Shown here: piece after piece, positions 37,574-64,000 of the stretch
Layout of the letters: each line of letters opens with the position of its first letter
How positions within the stretch are numbered: the first letter of the stretch is position 1
NCBI GenBank assembly: GCA_963693365.1
Contig: CAVNZM010000004.1
Coordinates: 4,147,447 to 4,211,446, forward strand
Direction: 5' to 3'
From: Amoebidium appalachense
Taxonomy: Eukaryota; Protista; Ichthyosporea
DNA: 64,000 nt
Position numbers and translations under genes: made by a program
Notes under the pieces: model-generated
What the model was told of the DNA's origin: nothing
Database searches by the model: none
Seen by the model: only the letters and a program-made list of their open reading frames with translations

Positions 37574-39022
37574 GTGTGCGTCTGTCTATGCGCGTGCGCA
37601 TGCGTGTGTGCGTCTGTATTATTTGTACATCACCCGTTTCAACCCTGTTTCTCATATGTGCACCGCCTATTAACCCCTCCCCCCTCCACCCCCAGCAACT
37701 GCACGATGCTTGATGTGCAGGCAGTGGCGCAGATGCGCAAAGTGGCCAAAGACCTCAAAAAGAAGCAGATAGAGCTGCTATTGGCTGGATGCACAGGTAC
37801 ACATAGGACCCCCCCCTCTTCTCTTTCCATTTTGAACTCCCCCTCTTTTGGAAGGGGGGAGGAGGTGGGGGCGGGAGGGGAGAGAGAGAGAGAAAGGAAG
37901 GGGGGGGGGGGGGGGGGGGGGGACAATAAATGAAGGAATGAATAGAACGAAAATAAAGGAAGCAAAAAAGAGGGGTGGGAATGGGGTGGGTAGGCGGAGA
38001 GGAAAAGAAATAAATCACGAAGGGTTGAAAGGAAGAGTATCAATTGATTACACATTCAACTTGTGTGGCATACATCAGCCGCAACGAATTTGGACACCAG
38101 AGGACAAGGGCGATACACCTAAAAGTCTGAAATTTCCATCTGACCCCCCTTTCCCGCCAGCCACGGTGCGTGATAAGCTAGCCAAGGGTGGGTTCCACCA
38201 GGAGATTCCCCTCAACCATCTTTTCCTGACGGTGCATGACGCCGTCATCTTCCACAAAAGGGTATAGAGCCCCCCCTCCCTGCCCCGCGTTTTTTTTTTT
38301 TTTTTTGTTCTTGCTCATGCTGGATCTGGTTTCACTAGTAGAGGTGCATGCACTCGCACATGCATACAGGATTTTGTCTGGGACGTTTCTCTCTCCACAC
38401 ACGCACACACACACACACACACTCTCTTTCTGTCTCTCTCTGTTCCCCCCCCCCTCCCCCTCCCCCCCCACCCCACCCCCCCTTCCCTTCCCCTCTCGCT
38501 TTGTGTGCTTGCCTGTCTGTGTCTTTCGTGTGCGCGTGCACATGCATGTGTTTAGTTTTGCCAGTTACGTATAAGGATTGTAACGTGCATGTGCCTAGAA
38601 TACCTCAAAGGCTTCAGGGCTGTGTGTGTGCGTGCATGCGTGTGCACACGTGTGTCTGTTGACGTGTGCGTGCCACGAGGAGAAGGAGAGGGAGGAAGGT
38701 GTGTGTCTGTGTGTGTGTGTGTGTGTGTGTGGACGCATGCATGCATGCCGTGAGGAAGAGGAGATGGAGGAGGAGGGGGGGGAGGGGGGGGGGGGGGGGG
38801 GGGCACTGAAATGTGTGATAGGAAGAGCAGTGTGCTCACATGATCTTAATCTACGTGCAGGGGGGTAAGAGCGTAGGCAGCATGGGGCCTACGGAGATGG
38901 TGCCGGCAGACGGTTTGGGTGAAGACTTGGCTGATGCGTCAAAGTGCGTTTTGGAGGTCACCCCTGAGAGCTCTGCTAACCTGAATGCGGGCTCGGGCTC
39001 GGATTATGCTAAGAAAGTTTAG
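25470..39022 (+). CDS. SLC26/SulP family anion (sulfate-type) transporter with C-terminal STAS domain, ~20 exons
   Basis: Hand-spliced exons start at about 25470, 26358, 27153, 27638, 29042, 29942, 30671, 31719, 32540, 32961, 33643, 34393, 35176, 35819, 36287, 36698, 37385, 37696, 38161 and 38861. They give FPIAHWLPRY, DIVGGLTMAVVIIPQGIAYAALAG, YGLYS, ISGFTTGAA, IPIPSE, VGNIPKGLPAP, SNQELL, ALARS, IPKSVLAAMI, TSRP, FRFNSSMFYAN, VILDM and FLTVHDAV; stop at 39022. The first-exon assignment is less certain. Confidence 0.9.
28384..29009. repeat. Intronic tandem array: ~70-bp unit x 6, separated by T-rich tracts of very variable length
   Basis: ...GAAACCC(G/T)AGGCAGCCACCCACCCACACGTGCACC(ATGCACCG) followed by (T)n, repeated 6 times. 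Confidence 0.9.
29141..29364. repeat. ~80-bp unit x 3 with poly-C spacers
   Basis: CCCTCCCCCCTTTAACTAAAATAAAATAGAAATAAATAAAATGTGTAATAGGTAAACT(C)n three times. Confidence 0.9.
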
Positions 39023-39400
39023 GCTGGAATCATTATTATGAGGTTTGGACTCATAATGCACGCGAGGGTTGGGAGATTTCTGGGGATTTTTTTAGTTTTA
39101 GGATGGAATGGAAAGTTATAGATAGATTGGTGGAAGGTTGGTTGGTTGGTGGTGTGTACACATGTGGAGAACCGGTGGCAACTAGTTTGACGGAAATTTA
39201 CGTATGAATAGTGTACAAATAGCGGACGGATTGAGGAGCCCATGGGAGTGGGAGGCAGAGCTTGTGATGATTGTATGTGCGAATGGTTATTGCGGATCGG
39301 GTGTCCTTTTTTAGTTTAGTGATTGTATGTGCGAATGGTTATTGCGGATCGGGTGTCCTTTTTTAGTTTAGTATCACACCATGTAAATATCTTGTGGACA

Positions 39401-39436
<36 letters not shown>

Positions 39437-40695
39437 TTCTTTTCGTTTCCTGCTCTTGGCTCCCTTATTTGCTAGTTTCCAATTAGCCGGGGCTTTGCTT
39501 AGTCTAGTGCTAAAAGAGTGTAAGTGCGGAAAAGAAGGATTTCAGTTTAATGCTTCTTTTCTGCTCATTAGTGTAGATTACCTAAACGACAGTTTGTGAT
39601 GACGGACTTTAGAACCGCATGTAAATCTATCGCGAAAGGACTGGGTTTTTGCGGCCGTGTAGATACTATTGGGATAGTTTCACAAATTTGCTCACCAACT
39701 TGACTTTTGCACACCGGAAGAGGCTGAGATTCTCTGAGGCACGAGGGAACGTGGGAGAGTTACCATCTGTGGCCGGTAGCAATCATTAACACATGGCCCA
39801 CAATAAAGACCTATAATTAGCAATCACTATCATGATCTGTGCAGCCCCTAGCTAATATAGTAGTATGCCTCGTTCACGTTATGGCCACGTGGGTGATAAC
39901 CACCGCTTATAATTATTCCCCCTCAAATTATGGAAAAGAAATAGTACTCACCAGTAGCAAAAATTCAGATCGGACGACATGTACACTGCACTGTGCACGC
40001 GTACGTATACGTAGGCACCCTCTGACTATGATATGCATCCTGATCATCGTAGGCCGAAGGCAATGGTCAGGGCCCTGACGCAGAGATGTGTCGGCTTGCA
40101 AGCGGTTGTGTTTTGCCAGTACGTACCCAACTGCAAACACTAGTACTCGGAGGCTGTGGCCATGGTGTCACTCCAGCAGAGTGTTTGTTTATTTATTGCG
40201 CGAACCAATAGGAGTGAGCCCAAGGAGATCTAGATGACGATAGCATTGCATGGCACGGTGGATGGCATGATTGGCCTTGTAACACGCGTTGCTCACTGAT
40301 AAAAGACTCATTTCCGTTCTTTGTAAATGCGAATGCTGATTTTTTATCCTTAACGCTGAATGTGCACATTTTTCTTGGCCTGTTATCTCACTGGTAAAGA
40401 TAATATTCGAGTGTAGGCCTAAATCAGAGTCGTCACTTGCAAGTTGCAAAGTTTATCCAACCCCTGAGAGAACATTCCGAATTTCCAACCTAGACCAATA
40501 GTTAGATTTCTGAATGTTGATTGGCTCATGCTGATGATCCCGAAGCTATATAAACTGGGTGAGTAATTCATTCAGAACTGATTCAAATCGCCTACTAGGC
40601 ATATGTAAGCTGTGCGCAAAGAGTAACGCTGAATACTTTCAACTGCACAGAACCTACATTACTCGCTCACCGCACCCCCCCATCAATTCAATAAA

Positions 40696-41124
40696 ATGCC
40701 CACGATGTCAGCAGCATCAAAGCACAGTCCCATCCTCCCCCCTCCACCACCGGACTCGGCTCACATGCCCCCACCACCAATCGATTTTGCCAGCTGCCAC
40801 ATGCGCCCTCCACCTGGTACAAGGGCTGCGCCGGCCCTGGCTGAGTCATGTTTACTCATGGGCCTGGTGGGGACCAACAGCGAACTTGGCCTAGGGCAGC
40901 CCCGTGTGATGGTGACTCGCATTATTGCCCATGTAGAGGCCCCGGCCATTGCTGCAGGTGGCAGCGGCATGGACAACTCAGTGACGGGGTTGGCTGGCGC
41001 GAGCATACTTGTAACGGTGTCATTTGTGGCCCTCATATGCATTGCTTTGGTGGCTGTGAAAGGGTCAACGAAGATTAGGAACTATATTAAAAATCTGTGG
41101 ATATGTCCCTGCTGTGGTCAGTGA
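40696..41124 (+). CDS. Hypothetical 142-aa Pro-rich single-pass membrane protein
   Basis: Non-repetitive ORF with one hydrophobic segment (ILVTVSFVALICIALVAV) followed by basic residues; TATATAAA at ~40547 and ATTGG at ~40520 upstream. No family recognised. Confidence 0.4.
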   Translation: MPTMSAASKHSPILPPPPPDSAHMPPPPIDFASCHMRPPPGTRAAPALAESCLLMGLVGTNSELGLGQPRVMVTRIIAHVEAPAIAAGGSGMDNSVTGLAGASILVTVSFVALICIALVAVKGSTKIRNYIKNLWICPCCGQ

Positions 41125-41426
41125 CCTACTTCATGTTGACTGGTGCATGCAGTGAACCTTCTAGTAGATCTGATGGAATATATGGGAATGAAAGCTTTAG
41201 TTAGCGATGTCCGACACATACAAATATTGTTTCACTACTACAGTAGTATGTGCATGTGTGTATGCATATGGTCATATTAATGGGTACAATATGTTGTACA
41301 GACTCTTAACTTAAGCGTTTTGAAGCATCAGATCGACAAAGTGTTAACCGTTGATCAACAGTTTAGATGCATGCCATGATACGAACACCGTTCACATAAC
41401 TGTATGTGCACGGGCAGGCGGGGGGA

Positions 41427-41463
<37 letters not shown>

Positions 41464-41775
41464 TGGGTCCTGTGTTGGGGTTGGGGTACGTTGGTGTGCT
41501 GTTCATTGTTGTCATATATGCCCGGGCACCGGTAGTTGCACCACCGGAAACCAACAAGACTTCAGGCTAGAAAATGACATGAATAAGTAAACATAGAAAA
41601 TGAAATTCAAGAGCATAATCGATTGCGTGTAGATATTTATAAAGGCCACGACACCCCCACGGTGCAAACAATACAGATTGGACTCTTACTTACATCCACG
41701 GGGCCTGCGGAGAAGGGTAAAACAAGGAGCGAAAAAAAAGAAGAAAAAGGGGGGGGGGGGGGGGGGGGGGGGGAG

Positions 41776-41940
<165 letters not shown>

Positions 41941-42271
41941 AAAAGCATCATCACTTAACTAAACCTGCAATATTGGCTATGCGCTTTGCCTTTAACTTCT
42001 CTTTCTTTTCCTTCCCCCCCAACCTTTTTCTTTTTTTTCCCCACGGGTTTAGGAAAGATAACTAAGATGCATGCCATCGGCAGCGGCAACCCTTGAAACA
42101 AGACATACATATCAGCATGTTTTCATTTACGTAATTCACCAGACCGGAAACGACAGAACAGTCTCACAAACTGCCACAAATCCACGAACATTAGTCTCAC
42201 CTGATAAAGTTATGCACCAAATCAGCCCTAATAATATCGTGGGTAATATCCATGCAAAAAAAAAACCGTGT

Positions 42272-42385
42272 TTAAAACAGTTTGGATGTATAAAAAAGGC
42301 GGACGCCGGCGTAGAGGAGGAAGCCACTGGGCCCGAGCATGCAGGTGAAAAAGAGCACGGGGGCACGTACGATGGCCGGTATCCC

Positions 42386-42429
<44 letters not shown>

Positions 42430-42654
42430 TGAATGAGTGTGTATGTGTGTGTGTGTGGGGCGGGAGGGGGGAGGGGGGGGAGGAGGGGGGAGGGGGGAGG
42501 GGGGAGGGAGGGGGGGGGGGGGAGAGAGAGAGGGGGGGGGGGGGGGGGAGGGGGGGGGGGCTAGGACGAGATTGGGCTAGGTGTGTATGGGCATGGTGGG
42601 GTTGGGGTTGTTGCTGGATCCTCAGGTGGTCTCTTTTTTTTTTTTTTTCCTTTC

Positions 42655-42696
<42 letters not shown>

Positions 42697-43350
42697 TTTT
42701 TGGGGGGGGGGGGGGGGGGGGGGGGGGATAAGTTGAGTGAGGGATGCAAAAGACGGTGCCCCCTCCCCCACCCCCTCCCGAAGTTCCCTCCCCCCTCCCC
42801 CCCCCCCCTCCCATCCCCTTCCCCACTTCCCCCCATCTTTTTTTTTCTTTTTTTTGGAGGGGGGAAGGGGGTGTCAAGAGAGGATGAGGGGTATGGTAAG
42901 AGGGGGGAAGGGGGGGGGGAGGGGGGGGGGGGGGGAAGGGGGGGGCATTAAAGCTACCAACAACTGAAAGGAACAAGCACCAAGCTTTGCCAGACCTTAA
43001 AGTAGTAAGAACCCAAACAATATAAAAAATTAAAGATACCCACCTGCATTGCGTCCTTAACAATAAACTCCCCGACCACCAGATCAAAGGCAAGGTAATG
43101 GATCCACGCCGCCAGGTGTGTCTTCTCACCTCCGAGGGCCAATAGCCTCCGGATTCCTTTAAAGGACATCATATCCTTAAAGGCGATCTTGGCACCATCA
43201 TTGCTCGCTGTGAGTGAGCGTGTTAGTGAGAGAGCGAAAACAGTGCGCGCGTGTTTGTGTGTGTGGGTGGGTGAGGAGGGGGGGAGAGGGGGGAGGGTTG
43301 TGTGTGTGTGTGTGTGTGTAAGTGTGAGTGTGTGTGTGTGTGTGCGCGCG

Positions 43351-43434
<84 letters not shown>

Positions 43435-43526
43435 ATGCATGTATGTGTGTGTGTGTGTGTGCACGCGTGTATGTATGTGTATGTATGCGTGTGCACGCGT
43501 TTATGTATGTGTATGTATGCGTGTGC

Positions 43527-43579
<53 letters not shown>

Positions 43580-45120
43580 TTGGTGAGCTTGTGGCAGTCC
43601 TTTTTGGGCATCGTGCAAGACACAGTTTTTTGCCTTTTTGAAGATGTTGGTAAAAAGCCACGTGTGTGGTTGGTTTGGTAGGTTGTGTGTGCGCGCGCCG
43701 GTGCACGTGTGTTATTTCGTATTTGTGTGTGTGTGGGCGTGCGTTTGTACACGTGTGCATGCACAGGTGTGTTTCTTTCTTTCTTTTTTGTGCGTGTCTA
43801 CAGTGGGAGAGGGTGGAAGGGGTGAGGGGTGGGCGGGGAGAAGGGTAGAGAGGGGCGGAGGGGACAAAGGGTATACAAAGCGGACACGCGAGTGCATTTT
43901 CTTTGTGGTCTGGGATCGGCAGCACGGTTATTGGGGGGAGGGGGGAAGAGAAGGGGGGGAGGAGATGGGGTGAGGAGAACGTGGCAAGCAAGAAGCATGA
44001 AGCATGCAACCATCACTAAAGCAAGGCAAATGGCGCTCATCGGGCCAGTTTTTTTTCGGAAATGACATCAAATGAGAACAGAAGGGATCTCGGACTTGGG
44101 GAGTTGGAAGGAGGGCTGATGGTGGTTGCCTTGAGGGGCGGCACTTACTCATAGCGTTGCCAAGGCAGTAGACGTCTGTGAAGGGACGGTGATTTCCAAT
44201 TGTGCGTTAGCCAGTGAAAAGAAAGGGTGTACATGTTGTTAGTTGGGGTGGGCTAGAAGGGAAGGATGGGTGGTGGTGGTGGTGGTGGTTGGAAGCAGGT
44301 GGAGGAGGGGAGGAAGGGGGGTTCGTACAAGGTTTATGGGTTAGTACATCTTTTCTGAAAACCTATGGAGGAAGCGCTGAAAGCATGGGGTTGAGCAGAG
44401 CAGCTTTAAGATCTTCATATGGCCGAAGAAAAAACCGAATTAGGGAATGCAGGGGAAGGAGAAAAGGGGGGGAAACGAGTAGGGTAGGAGTGATACGGAT
44501 TGGAATACTGATTCAGTAGTTGGGTCGCGGAGCCCGGGGAGGGGGGGGGGGGGGGAGGGGGGGGGAGAGGGGGGGGGGGGGGACAGGGAGGAGGAGGAGG
44601 AGAAGGAGGAAGAGGTGAAGGAGAGGAGGAAGTGGTCGTGTTGATAGTTGGGGGTGGGGTGGGGGGGGGGGGGGGGGGGGGGGGGGACAGGGAGGAGGAG
44701 GAGGAGAAGGAGGAAGAGGTGAAGGAGAGGAGGAAGTGGTCGTGTTGATAGTTGGGGGTGGGGTGGGGGGGGGGGGGGGGGGGGAGGGTTAACAGGCTCG
44801 AAGCATTATTCTTGAATACGCTGTAACAGTTTGAAGAGAATGGGAATGGCAACAGTTTCGCAGCGATGAAAGCACTTGCAAGTAAGCAAGTGCGAAGCGA
44901 GGAAAAAAGACAGATTTGCCCCTGTTACAAGGAACACACAAGGCACGACAGAAAAAAGACACCTACAGGCGGCAGAGTTGTAGAGCTGTGCTGCCCGAAC
45001 AATGGGCATGGTGTAGCCCCAGGTGGGGGCAGCAGCAAGCAGGCCCCAAGCAGGCAGAATGGCGTAGTTGCTGACGGCAAAGATGAGGTCGTTGGACTTG
45101 GTTGTTGGTGGAGACGCCAT
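42272..45120 (-). CDS. ABA4-like / DUF4281 family membrane protein, 4 exons
   Basis: Exons at about 45120-44967, 44175-44149, 43207-43044 and 42388-42272. They give IFAVSNYAILPAWGLLAAAPTW ... AWIHYLAFDLVVGEFIVKDAMQVGIPAIVRAPVLFFTCMLGPSGFLLY, matching the family signature W.HYLAFDL..G...DA...G......L....M.GP.G.LLY. Confidence 0.85.
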
Positions 45121-45964
45121 GATGAGGTGTGTGTGGGGGGCAAAGGCCGGGGAGTTTGAGGGAGGAAAGAGGGTTCTATCAATCTGACTTTTTAAGAACC
45201 GACAGGTTCGGAGTTGCTCTTACCACTCCACGCCGGCCGGCCGCGCGCGTTCTTCCTGCTAGTCTTTCTAGAAACCGGAACAACGTGTTCTAGCTTGCTT
45301 TTTCGTGAGCCTCAACAGCTGCCATAAATGGGTAGGAATAGAGTCCTTTGATTGGATTGTTTTTTATATAGTGGAGCGAAGCACAGGAACGCAACCCCTC
45401 GCCGGGCCGGGCGGGGAGCTGGCACCGGGACCCGTCATTGTAGCGTTTGTGAAACGCGCAAGTTCAACGCGCAAGAAAATTTATCGTTGGGACTTAAGCA
45501 CCTGAAAAAAACATGTACATACACGTACATAGTAGAAATTGTGTATACTGTTATTTCCTTCCAATCCCTTGAACCAATCAAAAAGGTCTACTCTCTACGG
45601 TCTTTTGGTCCTCTTTAGCAACCATCCAAAAAGCAAATAGGAAGAATCCGATAAAGCAAAAGTAAGAATTAAGAATTTTAACATCGTTTTAATTGTTTTT
45701 AATGATCTAATATCAATATCTGTAATTGGCGATGACCAACCTTGGCATATCCTCACCGTGACTCCGAGAAACCACACCAGCCGCCTCCGAGTTCAGCGAC
45801 ATGGCAGATGACTGTGAACACGGGACTCTGAGAGAAATCCCTTGTTCATGAAACAGGTTACATTAGATCTATCGTATGCAGGTTTATAGTGGATTTAGTT
45901 ATATTTCTGTGGTGTAGAAAAGGGTAAGCATTCGTTTAGCCGGCTGAAAAGCCGCATCACCATC

Positions 45965-53077
<7,113 letters not shown>

Positions 53078-53446
53078 AGGGGTTGTGGGATATATAGAAT
53101 ATGGGGACGGGATATGCAAAACATAGGGACGGGATATACAAAACACAGGGATGGGATATACGAAACACAGGGATGGGATATTAAAGACACACTTTTACAG
53201 AGAAAAGCATGCGCAATGCTAAGAACCACCGTTTTTTGTGTAGTATGTAATGCCGGGCACATGCACACACACACACACACACATTATATATTCATATGCA
53301 CACACAAACACCCACAAATACATACACCTGAGAGAATAAATAGTCCATAAGCACATTGATTCATGTACGTATGTGCATTATCACATAACGGGGGGATGTT
53401 AGAATGAAACCGACTAGACTAGTAGGACTGGTGTGCTTGGTGTTTG

Positions 53447-53492
<46 letters not shown>

Positions 53493-53742
53493 GCACACAC
53501 TTCAGGTGTGAAGGGTGGTGAAAGCAGCTGTTATCTCGTGTTCAGGCTAGTATAAAATCTGTTCAGTTGATTGATAAGGGAAATTTTGGTCTTCTGACAA
53601 CCACTATACTTGTACATACACCCGATTTACATGTCAGTATATTTATGTGCACGGTTTCTGACGGCTGAATTGCAGTTTGTATATACTGTACACCACCTTT
53701 GCTACGAATTATAATGGCAAAAACATGACTATCGAGCGAATA

Positions 53743-53780
<38 letters not shown>

Positions 53781-54142
53781 ACCACCACCACCACCACCAC
53801 CACCAAAACACCGCTCGATCACACTTTCTTTCGTGTATACGTTTGTTTATAGTAGTTTGTATCGAGATTTTGTTTACTCAATCCACCTCCCCCTTCCCTC
53901 GATTCTGGAAGAGATCTCGGGGAGATTAGCTTTGTCAAACAAGAAGACTCTCTAGCGAAAGAGAGAGAGGGGGTGGGGGTTGGGGGGAAGAGAGAGAAAG
54001 AGAGAGAGAGAGAGGGAAAGGGAGGGAGAGAGAGAGAGAGGAGTGTGTGTGTGCGTGCGCGTGCGTGTGTGTGTGTGCCGTGTGTGTGAGGCAGAAACGT
54101 AATCCACGTAGTACTTTTACGTACAAGCGGAGTAACCGGCAT

Positions 54143-54922
54143 ACATGCATACCTATCCCACATATGCCCCTGCTATTACATGCATACCTATCCCACACCT
54201 GCTACTACATGCATACCTATCCCACACATGCCCCTACGATTACATGCATACCTATCCCACATATGCCCCTACTATTACATGAAAAACTATCCCACACCTG
54301 CTACTACATGCATACCTATCCCACATACGCCCCTACTATTACATGAATACCTATCCCACACCTGCTACTACATGCATATCTATCCCACATACGCCCCTAC
54401 TATTACATAAATACCTATCCCACACCTGCTACTACATGCATACCTATCCCACATATGCCCCACAATTACATGCATACCTATCCCACATATGCCCCTACTA
54501 TTACATGAATACCTATCCCACACCTGCTACTACACGCATACCTATCCCACATATGCCCCTACAATTAAATGCATACCTATCCCACAAATGCCCCTACTAT
54601 TACATGAAAACCTATCCCACACCTGCTACTACATGCATACCTATCCCACATATGCCCCTACAATTACATGTATACCTATCCCACATGTGCCCCTACTATT
54701 ACATGAAAACCTATCCCACACCTGCTACTACATGCATACCTGTCCCACATATGCCCCTACAATTACATGCATACCTATCCCACATATGCCCCTACTATTA
54801 CATGAAAACCTATCCCACACCTGCTACTACATGCATACCTATCCCACATATGCCCCTACTATTACGTGAATACCTATCCCACACCTGCTACTACATGCAT
54901 GCCTATCCCACATATGCCCCTA

Positions 54923-54926
<4 letters not shown>
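54143..54926. repeat. Minisatellite of alternating ~30/33-36-bp units (~23 units)
   Basis: TACATGCATACCTATCCCACATATGCCCCTAC(TAT/AAT) alternating with TACATGAA(A/T)ACCTATCCCACACCTGCTAC; abuts the stop codon of the minus-strand gene. Confidence 0.95.
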
Positions 54927-61990
<7,064 letters not shown>

Positions 61991-63517
61991 TTTTCTGCAA
62001 ATGGGAATGCATCAATAGATGGTAAATGGCTCATAGCAAGATTAGGCTGTGATTTGGGATGAGCTGCTTATGAGCTTTGCTATTTGCAGGTCTGCTACCT
62101 GCTGGCTCTGTGACCAACAAGGAAGAAGGGAAAAGGCGGGTCTGTGTACAGGGTGTGTGTGTGTGTGTGTGTGCGGCGGGGGGCAGGGGGGGGGGGGGGG
62201 GAGGGGGGGGCAAAGGGGGAGGAGGGGGGGGTCAGAGAGGGGAAAGGAGGTTACCCTGCGGGGGGGGGGGGGGGGGGGGGGGGGGGGAGGGGGGAGAGGC
62301 CTTACAACGAACTCTAAGCTAGGTAGCACGCTACGTAAGGTTTTACAGTGGCGCAAACGCAGAGGGCGTCTGTAGTGTACGTAGGCCACTGGCAGGACTG
62401 CGCCAAAGATGTGAGACTTCATTTATTTTTGGACAGTTATTAAGGTGAAACCTGAGGACTGTATAACAGGATCAAGAATTCAATGAACTCTTGAGAGTGA
62501 TCTCGTGTAAAGAATGGTGATCAGGATGATTATGATGGATCGCGTGCAGGGGAGAGGATGAGAGCAGTAGCGGGGAGGGGAAAGGCAGGGGGCAACGGAA
62601 AGGGTGGGGAGGCGGGTGGGAGGGAGGAAGGGGGGGGGGGGGGGGGGGGGGGGGGGAGGGGGGTACCTTGGAATCTGGAATAAGTTAACACAGCTCCAGA
62701 GGGCCTGCGGCCGGGCTGAGCCTAACACAAAACGGCCCAGAACGGGTGTTATTAGTGTGTGCATAGAGGCCTAGGGAGCTATGTGCTGTGGATAACGCAC
62801 AAAAAAAAAACAACCAGTGATGAAAATTTCGAGCAGTGAGAATAGATGGGATGGACGGATCTAAAAGCTTTTGCTACCTGGGGTGAGGCGAACTGGCAAA
62901 CAAGAAGAGATCTATCAAGCTCCTGCAACCTCAGAGTGATTCAGTACGTTTTCATGCACCCTTCTTATTATCCATCGGTATTGGGAACGATGCATAAAAG
63001 GCTTATAAGCTACAAACGTTGTACCATTTGAACAAAAAAAAAGTGCACTCTGAGGCTCTCGCGTTTCTTTGACAGCCTCTGTCAGTCTGTCCGGCCGGGG
63101 AAGGAGGGAAGGGGAGCTCTGGCCATTCCAACCATGTCCTCTCGAAATTTTCGAAGGCCGCAAATAGCCAATAAAGCACGGCTCACTGTGCGCATTATTT
63201 GATTGGATTAAAGTGCATCACTTGCGCAAGCTCACCAAAGTGGTTAGCTACATCCACATTGTTCTTCAGGTATATAAACGCTGCCCGCCTTTTTCCCCCT
63301 CCCTCCCTCCCGTGAAACTGAAGATTTTCCGTACTGCAAGGCGCATTGGTACGTTTTTCTACTCTGTACACTGACCACAAGTGTCTCCTTAAGCAACGCT
63401 CCCCCCGCCCCCCCCCCTCGCCCCACCACCAGAACACTCACACATACACACTTTCCCACTGAAACCCCCTTGGGCCCACTCTCTCTGCTGCACATTCCAT
63501 ATTTCCAGCATGGCACC

Positions 63518-63564
<47 letters not shown>

Positions 63565-64000
63565 ACACCACTCGCTCCCTCCCTCGCTCCCTCCCTCGCT
63601 GCAGTTCCGTTAACTAAGTATCTTAGGAAGCTGGTATGATGACCTCGAATTTTTTCAGAGCACTGTCCGAATAACCCTGACGACTCACTTTTTCGCAATG
63701 CTTTGGCTGACCAGCACAACACACACGTTGCTACTGCAAATTTTACTGTCCTCTTGCTAACCATGAAATAATCGTTACAGGTGGGGCTACTGGCGCACGG
63801 AGATCCTTCGCTTAGTAGTTTAAGTAGGTTTCCTCCTGCCCCCCCCCCCTCTTATTGCCTGTCAATGGGATCCATGGTTTTTGGGGTTTTTGAACAATCC
63901 TGTGTACTGAAAATTGCTGTTGGTGTATGCCACCAATGTATGCTGTCCCCCCCTTTCCCCCCCCCCCCTTTTTTTTTCTCTCCCTGTTGTAAGAGACCGC

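Noticed and set aside
62480-63764. Possible additional minus-strand gene from short non-repetitive blocks
   Set aside because: Could not assemble a consistent spliced frame or recognise a family.

Overview
Eukaryotic genomic DNA with GT-AG introns packed with (CA/GT)n, (GA)n and poly-C/G tracts. The gene content is opisthokont-like; a unicellular holozoan such as an ichthyosporean is my inference only. Most short ORFs in the supplied track are artefacts of simple repeats. Left to right: (1) 1-3440 is a microsatellite-free, intronless, virus/mobile-element-like block containing a partial coiled-coil/PTAK-repeat ORF running off the left edge, a perfect 92-bp x 9.6 tandem array, a small PD-(D/E)XK nuclease gene and a ~395-bp near-perfect GC-rich palindrome. 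(2) An intronless 647-aa type I membrane protein with a polybasic furin-like site, ZP-module-like. (3) Three consecutive sulfur-related genes: a mitochondrially targeted persulfide dioxygenase-rhodanese fusion (minus, 7 exons), head-to-head with sulfide:quinone oxidoreductase (plus, 4 exons), followed by an SLC26/SulP-STAS anion transporter (plus, ~20 exons). This is a candidate eukaryotic H2S-oxidation gene cluster, with a 1.1-kb TIR element in the divergent intergenic region. (4) An ABA4/DUF4281-like membrane protein, divergent from a PMT2/POMT2-type O-mannosyltransferase. (5) An AstE/AspA-family (M14) hydrolase on the minus strand. Gene models were spliced by hand from the sequence; family calls rest on recognised motifs, not on database searches.
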